Positions 8,104 through 17,745 of a DNA stretch of 64,000 nt are shown here, piece by piece. Numbering within the stretch: position 1 is the stretch's first letter; each line of letters begins with the position of its first letter. Source of the stretch: Candidatus Multivorans sp. (GTDB lineage: Bacteria > Acidobacteriota > Thermoanaerobaculia > Multivoradales > Multivoraceae); the NCBI GenBank assembly GCA_965224025.1, contig OZ245033.1, positions 288,001 through 352,000 of the forward strand, read 5' to 3'. The translations under genes and the position numbers were made by a program. Below the pieces are notes generated by a model. It was given only the letters and a program-made list of their open reading frames with translations, did not search any database and was not told where the DNA came from.

Positions 8104-8835
8104 ATGCGGTACACCACTTCCCTTCTTGCGGCGACAGCGCTACTGGCGCTGGCGGCCATGCCCGCGGCGGCCGGCTCGATGGACGTCGATCTCAAGGCGG
8201 CCGACGGCACGATGCTCAAGGCGACCTACATGTCGCCCGGCAAGCCGGGTCCGGCGATGCTGCTGATCCACCAGTGCAACATGGACCGGAAGTCCTGGTC
8301 GGGCATCGCGTCGCAGTTGGTTGACGCGGGAGTGCATGTGTTGACGATGGACCTGCGCGGCTTCGGCGAGAGCGGCGGCGCCGGCATTCGCGAGGCCGGC
8401 GGGTTCCCGCCGTTCCTGCAGACGGCGACTGGCGACGTGGACATGGCGTTCGACTACCTGAGCAAGCAGGAAGGCGTCGACACGGACCGGATGGCGGCCG
8501 GGGGCGCCAGTTGCGGCGCGATGCTGACGGCCGATCTGGCCGCGCGCCGGCCGGTGAAGGCGCTGATGCTGCTGTCAGGGCCGCCGAGCGCGGCAGCGGT
8601 GGAGAACATGGCCGCGAAGCCCGACCTGGCGGTCTTCGCTGCCGCGGCGACCGGCGACACGATCACGGCCGGCGTCGACAAGCAGCTCAAGGGCGCGGTC
8701 GACGGGTCGAAGCACCCGAACTCAACGGCGAAGATCTACGACGGGACCGAGCACGGCCTGCCGATGTTCGCGAAGAATGCGGATCTGGAGCCGGCGCTGG
8801 TCGGCTGGCTGAAGATGGAGTTGGTGGGGAAGTAG
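8104..8835 (+). CDS. Secreted alpha/beta hydrolase (dienelactone hydrolase-like)
   Basis: Signal peptide, DLRGFGES, GASCG nucleophile elbow, C-terminal EHG; GAGGAG RBS. Confidence 0.85.
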   Translation: MRYTTSLLAATALLALAAMPAAAGSMDVDLKAADGTMLKATYMSPGKPGPAMLLIHQCNMDRKSWSGIASQLVDAGVHVLTMDLRGFGESGGAGIREAGGFPPFLQTATGDVDMAFDYLSKQEGVDTDRMAAGGASCGAMLTADLAARRPVKALMLLSGPPSAAAVENMAAKPDLAVFAAAATGDTITAGVDKQLKGAVDGSKHPNSTAKIYDGTEHGLPMFAKNADLEPALVGWLKMELVGK

Positions 8836-9099
8836 GCGGCTGCCGCTGGTGCGGCGGCGCCCGGAATGCCGGCCAGAAGGCCGGCGCACCTGTACCTTTC
8901 CGGGATGCATTCTGGCGTGTCGTTGAGAGAGGTGGAATGGACCAGTAGCCGTCGTGGCTGCGGTAGCTGTGGGAAACCGGCTTGCCGGTTTTCCAAGGTC
9001 CGGCGGGAAACGGTCTGCCGTTTTCCGCCGGGCCGGCAGCTTCCGCAGCCGAGACCGCCGGTCGGTTGCGTCTCCGGCCTGCCGGAGTCACTGAAGGAA

Positions 9100-9256
9100 A
9101 GTCGGCAAGCAGCCAGGAGCAACCACCGGCGTACTGTGCTTCGAGCACCTGGCTGGGACCCGTGCCCTGGCTGCTTCGCCGCGTTGGACGCCCAGTGGAG
9201 AGTCAGTGCCTTAGAGCACCAGTACAGGTACGGGCAGGCAACGCGGCATGCCGACC
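9100..9256 (+). ncRNA. Bridge RNA of IS110 copy 2
   Basis: Same two-loop architecture as 1245-1401; left target guide is CCGGCGTAC (9126-9134). Confidence 0.9.
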
Positions 9257-9290
9257 AGGCAACACTACCGCAAGGGAGAAGGAGGACGAG

Positions 9291-10544
9291 ATGACCAGGA
9301 CGTGGTTCGTCGGCGTGGACTGGGGGTCCGAGACCCACCACGTGTGTGTGCTGGATCGGGACGGCAAGGTGAGGGGGGAGCGGGCGTTCGACCACAGCGG
9401 CAAGGGACTTGCCGCCATGGCCGACTGGCTCCTTGGACATACCCGACCGACGTCTCCGGACGAGATCGGCGTCGCCATCGAGGTGCCGCACGGACCGGTG
9501 GTCGAGACTCTCCTGGAGCGGGGCTTCGCCGTGCATTCGATCAACCCCAAGCAGCTCGACCGCTTCAGGGACCGCTTCTCCGTCGCCGGCGCCAAGGATG
9601 ACCGCCGCGATGCACGGGCGCTCGCCGCCGCGCTTCGCACCGACCCCGAGTGCCTGAACCGCGTGCAACCATCCGATGCAGCCATCGTGATGCTGCGCGA
9701 GGTGTCCCGCGGCCGCAAGCAGTTGGTCGGCCAGAAGAACCGCCTGGAGAACCAGGTCCGCGACCAGCTCTGGCGCTACTACCCGCAGTTTCTCGCCGTG
9801 GTCAAGAACGAGGTGTCGGCGCCCTTCGCGCTGGCCTTGTGGCGACTGGCGCCGACCCCCGACAAGGCTCGACGGCTGCGCGAAGACACGCTCGCCAAAC
9901 TGCTCAAGGAACACCGCATCCGGCGCCTGACTGCCGCCCAACTGCGCGATCAACTGCGGGCCGAGCCGATCGCCGTTTCCCCGGACACCGTTAAGGCCGC
10001 CGTCGAACACATAGGACTCCTCCGGCCGGTGCTCGACACCGTCTGCCGCCAACTCGCCGACGCCGAAAGGCGGCTGGAGCGGATGACCCGCGCACTCGAA
10101 GCCGACCTCTCCCGGGAAAACGACGACGACACGCCCAAGCCGAGCGACGCCGCCATCCTCAGGTCGCTGCCCGGACTCGGCAAGGTCGGCCTCGCCACCC
10201 TGCTCTCCGAGGCCGATCAAAGCCTGGGCCGCAGAGACTACGAGGCACTGCGTTGCCTCTGCGGAGTGGCGCCGGTGACCGTCAAGTCCGGCAAGAAGCT
10301 CATCGTCATGCGACGACTCGCCGCCAACGAACACCTCAGCGACGCCGTCTATCACTGGGGACGAGTCGCCATCCAGCACGACCCGATCAGCCGCGCCAAG
10401 TACGACGCCATGAAAGCCGAAGGCAAGACACACGGACGAGCCATCAGACAACTCGTCGATCGACTCCTCGGCGTCGCCTGCGCCATGCTCCGAGACCGCA
10501 CTCTCTTCGACCCCAACAAGAGAAGCCATGCCCAGGTCGCATGA
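9291..10544 (+). CDS. IS110-family DEDD recombinase/transposase (417 aa), copy 2
   Basis: Intact DEDD and Ser motifs; substitutions versus copy 1 are concentrated in the linker (EADLSRENDDDTPK vs EAPAQRENDDDSPK). Confidence 0.95.
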   Translation: MTRTWFVGVDWGSETHHVCVLDRDGKVRGERAFDHSGKGLAAMADWLLGHTRPTSPDEIGVAIEVPHGPVVETLLERGFAVHSINPKQLDRFRDRFSVAGAKDDRRDARALAAALRTDPECLNRVQPSDAAIVMLREVSRGRKQLVGQKNRLENQVRDQLWRYYPQFLAVVKNEVSAPFALALWRLAPTPDKARRLREDTLAKLLKEHRIRRLTAAQLRDQLRAEPIAVSPDTVKAAVEHIGLLRPVLDTVCRQLADAERRLERMTRALEADLSRENDDDTPKPSDAAILRSLPGLGKVGLATLLSEADQSLGRRDYEALRCLCGVAPVTVKSGKKLIVMRRLAANEHLSDAVYHWGRVAIQHDPISRAKYDAMKAEGKTHGRAIRQLVDRLLGVACAMLRDRTLFDPNKRSHAQVA

Positions 10545-10600
10545 CCTCCCTGACCCGCAGCAGCCTCCCCAAAACACACTTGCTAAAGGGTGGAGAGTCC

Positions 10601-10675
10601 CAGTGCCGGAATGCCGGCCGGAAGGCCGGCGCACCCAGTGCCGGAATGCCGGCCGGAATGCCGGCGTACCCAGTG
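10601..10675 (+). repeat. Tandem 35-bp REP units (unit 1 = 8861-8890 plus 10601-10605, unit 2 = 10606-10640, unit 3 = 10641-10675)
   Basis: ccggaatgccggccRgaaKgccggcgYacccagtg repeated three times once the IS is removed. Confidence 0.85.
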
Positions 10676-10677
10676 AT

Positions 10678-11793
10678 CTACCGCAGTTCGGCGGTCTTGT
10701 TGCGCTCGATCAGGTCGAAGTCGATCTCGACTCCGAGGCCCGGGGCCATCGGGGCGTGGACGTAGCCCTCTGAATCGACCTCGATGTCTTCGACGAGGCC
10801 GTACTTCTGCGCGGCCGCCGGCAGCAGGACCTCGAACCACTCGCAGTTGCGGATCGCGGCGCTGATGTGCAGGTGGGCGACGTTGTTCAGCGAGTTGCCG
10901 CCGTGGTGGATCTCGAAGTTCATCCCGAAGCCCTCGGCCAGGTGGGCCGCCTTGAGGCAGCCGGTGATGCCGCCCTTGAGCGCGACGTCGCCGCGCAGGT
11001 AGTCGGTCGCCTGGTTGTAGATCCACGGCGCGAACGAGTCGTACCAGGCGCCGGGGAACTCGGTCGCCATGATCGGAATGCGAAGCTGCTGGCGCAGCTT
11101 CGTGTAGTTGTAGATGTCCTGGTCGCCCAGGGGATCCTCGTACCACTCGAAGTCGAGATCCTCGATCAGCTTGCCGACCCGTAGCGCCGAGGGGTAGTCG
11201 TAGCCCCAGGTCGAATCGAGCATCAACGGGAAACCGTCGCCGACCGCCTCGCGGACGGCCTTGCAGATCCGCATGTCGTCCCGCCAGACGCGGAACGGGT
11301 GGATCTTGTAGCCCTGCCAGCCCGCGGCCTGGTACGACTTGGCCTGCTCGACGTAGGCCTCGACATCAGGCTGCTGCTCGGAGCTGGCGTACGCGGGCAG
11401 CTTCTCCCGGTACGTCCCGAGCAGCCGGTGAACAGGCTCCCCCGCCGCCTTGCCGGCGATGTCCCAGAGCGCCACGTCGACGGCGCCGACCACCCAGGGC
11501 TGGACGACCAGCCGCCGCTCCAGCATCTCCTGGTAGAGCTGCTCACGGGCCAGCGGGTCGCGGCCCATCACGATCGGTTTGAGCATCCGCAGCAGGGTCC
11601 GTGCGGTCATGCTCGTCCCCATGCCGAGGAACGAATGGCCCTCGACTCCGTCGTCGGTACGGATCGTCACCAGGCCGAGTTCGCCTGTGCGGTTCGGCTG
11701 GCCGGCCGGGTCGAACGGCCCGCGTCCCAGGTAGGAGTGCGGCGGAATGTCGTTCCAGGCGAAGAGGGTGATGCTGAGGTCGTCGATCTTCAT
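10678..11793 (-). CDS. Mandelate racemase/muconate lactonizing enzyme family (enolase superfamily)
   Basis: GAVDVALWDIAGKAAG, YKIHP, LMLDS, WYEDP, IMATE, FEIHHG, APGLGVEID. Confidence 0.92.
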   Translation of the reverse strand: MKIDDLSITLFAWNDIPPHSYLGRGPFDPAGQPNRTGELGLVTIRTDDGVEGHSFLGMGTSMTARTLLRMLKPIVMGRDPLAREQLYQEMLERRLVVQPWVVGAVDVALWDIAGKAAGEPVHRLLGTYREKLPAYASSEQQPDVEAYVEQAKSYQAAGWQGYKIHPFRVWRDDMRICKAVREAVGDGFPLMLDSTWGYDYPSALRVGKLIEDLDFEWYEDPLGDQDIYNYTKLRQQLRIPIMATEFPGAWYDSFAPWIYNQATDYLRGDVALKGGITGCLKAAHLAEGFGMNFEIHHGGNSLNNVAHLHISAAIRNCEWFEVLLPAAAQKYGLVEDIEVDSEGYVHAPMAPGLGVEIDFDLIERNKTAELR

Positions 11794-11884
11794 GGATGCG
11801 TGATCTCCCTTGAAATCCCGGCGGTCACCGCCGAATCTTCAAGCTAGCAGCGCCGCTACACTTCGCTATGTCGTTCCGGCCGCC

Positions 11885-12085
11885 ATGGAATCTCATACCA
11901 AGACACGCGCCGTGGGCAAAGCACTGCTCGCTGTGTTGATCGGCATTCTCGCCGGTGCTGGGTTCAATGCTGCGCTCGGTGAGAAAGGCGCGGACACGCC
12001 GGCGCTCGCGTTGATCGGCGGTGCAGTGGCGCTCGTCGTCGTGGTCGTGCGGGCTCGACGGCGAGCGCGAGAGTCACAGCCCTAG
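11885..12085 (+). CDS. Small two-TM membrane protein, hypothetical
   Basis: Two hydrophobic helices followed by basic tail RARRRARE; fills the intergenic gap. Confidence 0.45.
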   Translation: MESHTKTRAVGKALLAVLIGILAGAGFNAALGEKGADTPALALIGGAVALVVVVVRARRRARESQP

Positions 12086-14025
12086 GGCGTGTACCAGATC
12101 GGCGACGACCAGGCGCGTTCCTGGATGGTTGCCGGGAAGTCCTGGCGGGGAGTTGTACCGGCTCGGATCGCGTCCCAGGACGACCAGCGGCAGGTGGGGT
12201 TCTCCAGGACCCGGGCGTAGTAGAAGGCGCGCTGGCCCGGATCGAAGTCGGCGTCGGTCCAGATGGTCTTCAGTTCCGCGGCGCCGACCCCGGTGCTGGT
12301 CGAGCAGTCGCTGAGATCGACGGTGGCGCCGTTGTCGGGGCAACGGTTGGTGGCCGGGTCGACTTCGAGGCCGTCGGAGCAGGCGACGTCGTAGACTATC
12401 TCCGCGGTTTCGCCCCCGGATTCCCAGCCCTTGACGATCTGCATGCGCTGGAGCGGGGCGGCCATGGTGTCCTGCATGGCCCAGACGAGGAAGCTGGGTG
12501 CTGAGTCGCCGTCGTCACCGGTGAGGTCGCCGCCCATCGCGACGCCGGCCTCGTACGCACCCGCGACGAGGTCCGGGTCGTCGAGGTCGAGGCCGGCCAG
12601 GGCCGACCCGCCGAAGAAACGGACCTGGATCCGGGTACCGCTGGTGGCGAAGGTCTCCTTGCGCCGGAAGGCGTCGAAGATCGACTCTCGGGTGTTCTCG
12701 TCGGCCCACGCGGCGGCGAGGCCGGAGGCGCCGTTGGTGATCGCGGTCGTGAAGGGATAGATGCGGCCGGTGCCGTCGTCGATCGGCTGTGCGGCGGCAG
12801 TGGGGTTCTGCAGGTCGGCCCCGGCCCCGGGCTGGCTGGGAACCGAGCCGCGCTGCTCGGCGGTCTGCTGCATGAGGCCCGAAGCGCCCCAGTAGTTCTC
12901 TTCGTCGAAGGAGCCGGCGGCGACGTGGGTGTCGGACGAGCCGATCACGCCGACCTTGTAGGGGTTCGACACGCCGCCCGCTTCGATCGTCAGGCCGCGG
13001 CGAAGGGCGTCGCGCACGTAGCTGCCCGGCGGCTCGCTCAGGATGCTGGTCGAGACGCGGTAGGGCATGATCTCGAAGCCCGCCCACTCGTCGTTCGGCG
13101 ACAGGGCCGGGTGGGTCTCGGAGGTGCCCTTGGTCTGGGTGATCTCGACGATCGGCTCGTTGCGGCTGCGGAGGTCGGAGTAGGCCTGGTCGATCGCGCC
13201 GCCCTCGAAGTACTCGTATTCGAACATCCGCCCGCCGGACCCGTTCGTGTTGTGGGGAATCGCGATCGCCTCGTAGCCGTCGGCGCGCCACTCGTCCATC
13301 CGCGCCCAGAGGTCCTCCGGGTTGTACGAGTCGAGCCGGGAGAACGGGATGTCCGGCGCCTCGGCGCCGCGGAAGACGACATTGCGGTGCAGGTTCTCGT
13401 AGATGCCGCCGGCGCCGGCCGACGTGTACTCGTAGGCGATGAAGGTCGTGAACACGCCGGGCTCGTAGTGGCGGTTCGCGGAGGCCGCGATCTCGCTCCA
13501 GGCGGAGCGCACGACATCCTTGTCGAGATGCTCGCGGATACTCGGATCGGCGTCGGCCATGTAGCGCACGTAGGGCTGCATGGCGGCGAAGATGCCCCGC
13601 CGCTCCTGGACGGTTTCGGCGTTGCGGACTGTCTCGGCCGCGGGGTGGTTGTACGCCGGCTGGTCGGGGTCGGTCATCGCGGGCAGCATGCCGAGGTAGT
13701 TCGCGTGGTCCGCGACGCCCTGGAAGTCGAGCGGCCGGTCGAGCTGGAGGTCGAAACCGGCCGGGTGCTTGATCGGGTTCCCCTTGGCGAACTCGTAGGC
13801 CTCGTCCGGGCCGGCCCGGGTCGCGAACACGAAGGCGTCGTAGGAGTACTTCGTGTGGACGTGCAGGTCGCCGAAGAACGCCTGGCGGTCGGCGGGCGGT
13901 CCGGCATCGGCCGCGGAGGCGCCGGCAGGCGTGGCGGACGTGCCCGACGAGTCCGAATCGCCGGCGGCGCAACCAAGGGTCAGGAGTACGGTCAGGCTCA
14001 GGATCAGAACGGCTATTCGGCGCAC
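12082..14025 (-). CDS. DUF3604-family PHP-like metallohydrolase lipoprotein
   Basis: FFGDLHVHTKYSYDA, VADHA, AYEYTS, NLHRNV, IPHN, GSSDTH, TIQERAWSSPIWY; lipobox LTLGC; GTG start after GAGGGGAGG. Confidence 0.9.
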   Translation of the reverse strand: MRRIAVLILSLTVLLTLGCAAGDSDSSGTSATPAGASAADAGPPADRQAFFGDLHVHTKYSYDAFVFATRAGPDEAYEFAKGNPIKHPAGFDLQLDRPLDFQGVADHANYLGMLPAMTDPDQPAYNHPAAETVRNAETVQERRGIFAAMQPYVRYMADADPSIREHLDKDVVRSAWSEIAASANRHYEPGVFTTFIAYEYTSAGAGGIYENLHRNVVFRGAEAPDIPFSRLDSYNPEDLWARMDEWRADGYEAIAIPHNTNGSGGRMFEYEYFEGGAIDQAYSDLRSRNEPIVEITQTKGTSETHPALSPNDEWAGFEIMPYRVSTSILSEPPGSYVRDALRRGLTIEAGGVSNPYKVGVIGSSDTHVAAGSFDEENYWGASGLMQQTAEQRGSVPSQPGAGADLQNPTAAAQPIDDGTGRIYPFTTAITNGASGLAAAWADENTRESIFDAFRRKETFATSGTRIQVRFFGGSALAGLDLDDPDLVAGAYEAGVAMGGDLTGDDGDSAPSFLVWAMQDTMAAPLQRMQIVKGWESGGETAEIVYDVACSDGLEVDPATNRCPDNGATVDLSDCSTSTGVGAAELKTIWTDADFDPGQRAFYYARVLENPTCRWSSWDAIRAGTTPRQDFPATIQERAWSSPIWYTP

Positions 14026-14138
14026 GGCGGGCCTCCCCTCGGCCAGTGGGATCTCGGATTGGTTGCCAGTGTAGCGACCTGCGGCGGCGCTAGGATGAAC
14101 GGCCAACCCGTTTCCTGTCCGCCTCGTCTGGAGGAGCC

Positions 14139-16973
14139 ATGGCTCGACAACTCGTCCTGCGCGCCGCCCCTCTCTGTTGTCTCACTGGCCTGCTCTTTGC
14201 GGCAGGCTCGCTCACCGCACAGGCGATTCCGCCGCTCGCCGGCGACGACGTGGTCTCGGTCCGGGTCCAGTTCGGCATCACGGACACGGAACCGCGGTCG
14301 TGGGACGGTTCGGTCGAGGCCAGCGGCGGCGAGGTGCTGGCCGTTCGCAACTGGAGCGTGCACCCGTCGGAGTCGGTCCAGGGCAACAGTTGGACGATGG
14401 CAACCCGGGAGGGCATGAACTACCCGCGGCGCGTGTACCAGTGGGAGGACCCGCAGGGCACGGTGACCTACCTGCATCAGCCCGGAGTGGTCGTCGACGT
14501 GGCGGACAGCGGTGGGACGCGGCTTGCGTTCACGACGCCCCAGGGCGACTTCGACCTGCGGCCGGCGGACCTTCGCGTTGGCGAGGAGCTCTCCTTCCTC
14601 GACGGCGCCGTGCTGGCCGACCGGGTGGCGCCGGCGGAACCGCTGTCGTCACCGGACCATGAGAACGACTTCGCGACGTTGGCAAGCGGCGAGAACGGCG
14701 AGGTGTGGGCCGCCTGGACCGCCTACCGGGACGGCGGCGTCTCGATCATGGCGCGACGCTTCGACGGCTCGACCTGGCTGGCGGCCACCGCCGTGACCAG
14801 CGAGCCGGGCGACCGGCTGATGCCGAAACTGGGCCGCGACGGCCAGGGTAGGCCCTGGGTGGTCTGGTCCGAGCAGGTCGACGGCAACTTCGACCTCTAC
14901 GGCCGCCACCTCGAGGACGCGGACACCGGCGACTGGTCGGCAACCGAGCGCCTGACCTCGGCGCCCCAGGCAGACATCGAACACGAACTCGCCACCGACT
15001 CGAACGGCGACCTGTGGCTCGTGTGGCAGGGCTTCCGCGACGGGCGGTCCGACATCCTCGCCCGCCGCTACGAGGGCGCCGGCTGGTCGGCCGAGGAGAC
15101 CGTCTCGACCTCGCCCGCCAACGACTGGACGCCGGCGGTTGCGGCCTGCGGTGACGGTTCCGTCTACATCGCCTGGGACACCTACGATGAGGGCAACTAC
15201 GACGTGCTGCTGCGCCGCTTCTCGGGTGGCCGCTGGGGCGACGCGGCCCCGGTAGCCGACACGCCGAAGTTCGAGGCCCACGTGTCGATCGCCTGCGACG
15301 GCCAGAACCGGCTGTGGGCGGCCTGGAACGAGAGCGGCTTCCAGTGGGGCAAGGACTCGGGCTTCGAGATCTACAAGGAGGCGACCCGCATCTACGAGTG
15401 GCGCTCGCTGGCCGTCGCGGTCTGGGACGGCGTCAGGTGGCAGGTTCCCGCGGACGACGTGAACGAACTGCTCGAACGGGAACTCCCCGAGTACATCCCG
15501 GGGTTCAACGACCTGCCGGTGCTCCAGGCCGACGCCGACGGTCGGATGTGGCTGTTCTTCCGCCACCGCACGATCCGGGCCCGCGACACGCCGGCCCACC
15601 GCGCGGTCTGGCAGCTCCACGGCACGGCCTACGTCGGCGGCGAGTGGACCCGGCCGCTTCACCTGCCGTTCAGCCGCGGGCGCCAGGACGTGCGCTGGGG
15701 TCTCGCCTCGGACGGCCAGGGCAACCTGTTCGCGGCCTGGCCGACGGACAACCGCGACTCGGAGGAGTACCTCTTCAACCACTCCCAGATCAACGCGGCG
15801 AAGCTCCCCGCGCTGGGCGGTGAGGCCACGCCGCCGCGGCTGGTCGACCCGGCAGAGCGCGAGTACCACACCTACCCGGTCCACCCCAACGAGGCCGAGG
15901 ACGTGGCCCGCATTCGCGCCTACACGATCGAATCGGAAGGCCGCACCTACAAGATCTACCGTGGCGACACGCACCGCCACACGGAGTTCTCGCACGACGG
16001 CCTGAACGACGGCTCGTTGATGGAGGCGTACCGCTACGCCCTCGACGCCGCCGAACTCGACTTCCTGGGCGTCAGCGAGCACAACAACCGGGGCGGCCAG
16101 GACATCGAGTACGTGAACTGGCTGCACCCGCAGATCGCCGATATCTTCCGCCTGCCCGGGAGCTTCGTGCCCGTCTACACCTACGAGCGCAGCATCAGCT
16201 ACCCGGACGGCCACCGCAACATCCTCTCGGCCAAGCGCGGCATCCCGACCCTGCCGATCACCGAGGCGGAGCAACAGCACGAGGAAGGCGCGGCGAGGCT
16301 GTTCGCGTACCTCCGGGAGCACGACGCGATCTCGATCCCCCACACCTCGGCCACCGGCATGGGTACCGACTGGCGCGACAACGACCCCGAAGTCGAGCCG
16401 CTGGTCGAGATCTACCAGGGCGACCGCACGTCGGCCGAGTACGAGGGCGCCCCGCGCGCGCCGACGGCCGAGAAACCGTACGGCCAGCAGGGCGGCTTCG
16501 AGCCCGCCGGGTTCGTCTGGAACGCCTGGGCCAAGGGGTACAAGATCGGCGTGCAGGCGGCGTCGGACCACATCTCGACGCATATCTCCTACGCCGCCAC
16601 GATCGCCGAGGACTTCAGCGCCGAGGGCCTGCTCGATGCGATGAAGAAGCGCCACTCCTACGCAGCGACGGACAACATCGTCCTCGACTACCGGATGCGC
16701 GCGAACGGCAGGGAGTACCTGCAGGGCGACATCGCCGAGGTCTCGGGCCGCTTCGAACTGGTGGTCAACGTGATCGGCACCGCCCGCATCGAGCAGATCG
16801 ACATCATTCGCGACCAGACGTTCCTCTACAACAGACAGAACCTCGACCAGGAGGTCGAGCTGACCTTCGTGGACAGCGACGTTACACCCGGCGAGCACTA
16901 CTACTATGTGCGGGTGATCCAGAAGAACCGGGAGATCGCCTGGTCGTCGCCGATCTGGGTGACGGTCGAGTAG
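14139..16973 (+). CDS. Secreted beta-propeller plus PHP-type (CehA/McbA/DUF3604-like) metallohydrolase
   Basis: Repeated 'W.vW...dG..dI..r.f.g..Ws' blades; RGDTHRHT, VSEH, GHRN, IPHT, ASDH, YYYVRV..AWSSPIW. Confidence 0.85.
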   Translation: MARQLVLRAAPLCCLTGLLFAAGSLTAQAIPPLAGDDVVSVRVQFGITDTEPRSWDGSVEASGGEVLAVRNWSVHPSESVQGNSWTMATREGMNYPRRVYQWEDPQGTVTYLHQPGVVVDVADSGGTRLAFTTPQGDFDLRPADLRVGEELSFLDGAVLADRVAPAEPLSSPDHENDFATLASGENGEVWAAWTAYRDGGVSIMARRFDGSTWLAATAVTSEPGDRLMPKLGRDGQGRPWVVWSEQVDGNFDLYGRHLEDADTGDWSATERLTSAPQADIEHELATDSNGDLWLVWQGFRDGRSDILARRYEGAGWSAEETVSTSPANDWTPAVAACGDGSVYIAWDTYDEGNYDVLLRRFSGGRWGDAAPVADTPKFEAHVSIACDGQNRLWAAWNESGFQWGKDSGFEIYKEATRIYEWRSLAVAVWDGVRWQVPADDVNELLERELPEYIPGFNDLPVLQADADGRMWLFFRHRTIRARDTPAHRAVWQLHGTAYVGGEWTRPLHLPFSRGRQDVRWGLASDGQGNLFAAWPTDNRDSEEYLFNHSQINAAKLPALGGEATPPRLVDPAEREYHTYPVHPNEAEDVARIRAYTIESEGRTYKIYRGDTHRHTEFSHDGLNDGSLMEAYRYALDAAELDFLGVSEHNNRGGQDIEYVNWLHPQIADIFRLPGSFVPVYTYERSISYPDGHRNILSAKRGIPTLPITEAEQQHEEGAARLFAYLREHDAISIPHTSATGMGTDWRDNDPEVEPLVEIYQGDRTSAEYEGAPRAPTAEKPYGQQGGFEPAGFVWNAWAKGYKIGVQAASDHISTHISYAATIAEDFSAEGLLDAMKKRHSYAATDNIVLDYRMRANGREYLQGDIAEVSGRFELVVNVIGTARIEQIDIIRDQTFLYNRQNLDQEVELTFVDSDVTPGEHYYYVRVIQKNREIAWSSPIWVTVE

Positions 16974-17729
16974 ATGGACACAGTCTGGGTCCTGGTCTCG
17001 GCCGCGGTCGGCATCGGCTTCGTGCATACGCTGATCGGCATCGATCACACGCTGCCGTTCGTGGTGCTCGGCAAAGCGCGCGGCTGGTCGCTGCGCCGGA
17101 CGCTGTGGATCACCGGACTGTGCGGCGGCGGCCATGTCGCGTCGTCGGTTGTGCTCGGCGGCGCGGGTATCGGGCTGGCGATCTTCGCTACCGGTCTCGA
17201 CACGCGAGAGGGTTACCACTGGATGCAGGGGCGGGTGGGCGCTTTCGAGTCCATCGAAGCGGTCCGCGGCGACCTCGCGGCGTGGGCGCTGGTGGCTTTC
17301 GGCCTGACCTACGCGGCCTGGTCCCTGGCGCGGAGGCGAAGGCAGCAGCGCCACGTGCACGAACACGCCGGCGGCCTCGTTCATTCGCATGACCATCCAG
17401 CCACCGGCGGCCACGAGCACCCGTCCGGCAAGGCCGCCGGGGTTGCCGGCCTGACCGCCTGGAGCCTGTTCGTCATCTTCGTGCTCGGGCCCTGCGAGCC
17501 GCTGATCCCGATCCTCATGGTGCCGGCCTTCCAGATCGGCCTGTGGGCGGTCATCCCGGTGACCGTGGCGTTCGGCGTGACGACGATCGCGACGATGGCG
17601 GCGGTCGTGGCCCTCGCCTACCGGGGTCTCGAGTTCGCGCGGTTCCCCCGCCTGCAGGCCCATGTCCACACGCTGAGCGGGCTCGCGATCGCGAGTTCGG
17701 GGCTGGCCATGTTGTTGTTTGCGATGTGA
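16974..17729 (+). CDS. His-rich Ni/Co transporter-like membrane protein (RcnA/NicO/UreH-type)
   Basis: HTLIGIDH TM1 motif, GHVASS, cytoplasmic HVHEH..HSHDH loop, LGPCEPLIP. Confidence 0.8.
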   Translation: MDTVWVLVSAAVGIGFVHTLIGIDHTLPFVVLGKARGWSLRRTLWITGLCGGGHVASSVVLGGAGIGLAIFATGLDTREGYHWMQGRVGAFESIEAVRGDLAAWALVAFGLTYAAWSLARRRRQQRHVHEHAGGLVHSHDHPATGGHEHPSGKAAGVAGLTAWSLFVIFVLGPCEPLIPILMVPAFQIGLWAVIPVTVAFGVTTIATMAAVVALAYRGLEFARFPRLQAHVHTLSGLAIASSGLAMLLFAM

Positions 17730-17745
17730 GCGGCGCACCCTCCTG

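Larger units (their letters stand above)
8889..10600 (+). mobile_element. IS110-family insertion sequence, copy 2 (1712 bp)
   Basis: Same ends (CC-TGTACCTTT...AAAGGGTGGAGAGT-CC) and length as copy 1; inserted in unit 1 of a tandem REP array. Confidence 0.95.

Noticed and set aside
1034-10600. Composite transposon carrying 2746-8888 between the two IS110 copies
   Set aside because: Each copy's own flanks rebuild a separate intact REP context (REPIN arm versus tandem unit) and the copies are diverged, which indicates independent insertions
10601-10675. CRISPR-like 35-bp repeats
   Set aside because: Direct tandem units with no unique spacers and no cas genes; they are REP copies
14649-17738. 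1029-aa antisense ORF, and similar ones at 8736-10634, 17551-19773 and 58649-61138
   Set aside because: Stop-poor antisense frames typical of high-GC coding DNA; no motifs, and they lie opposite well-supported genes
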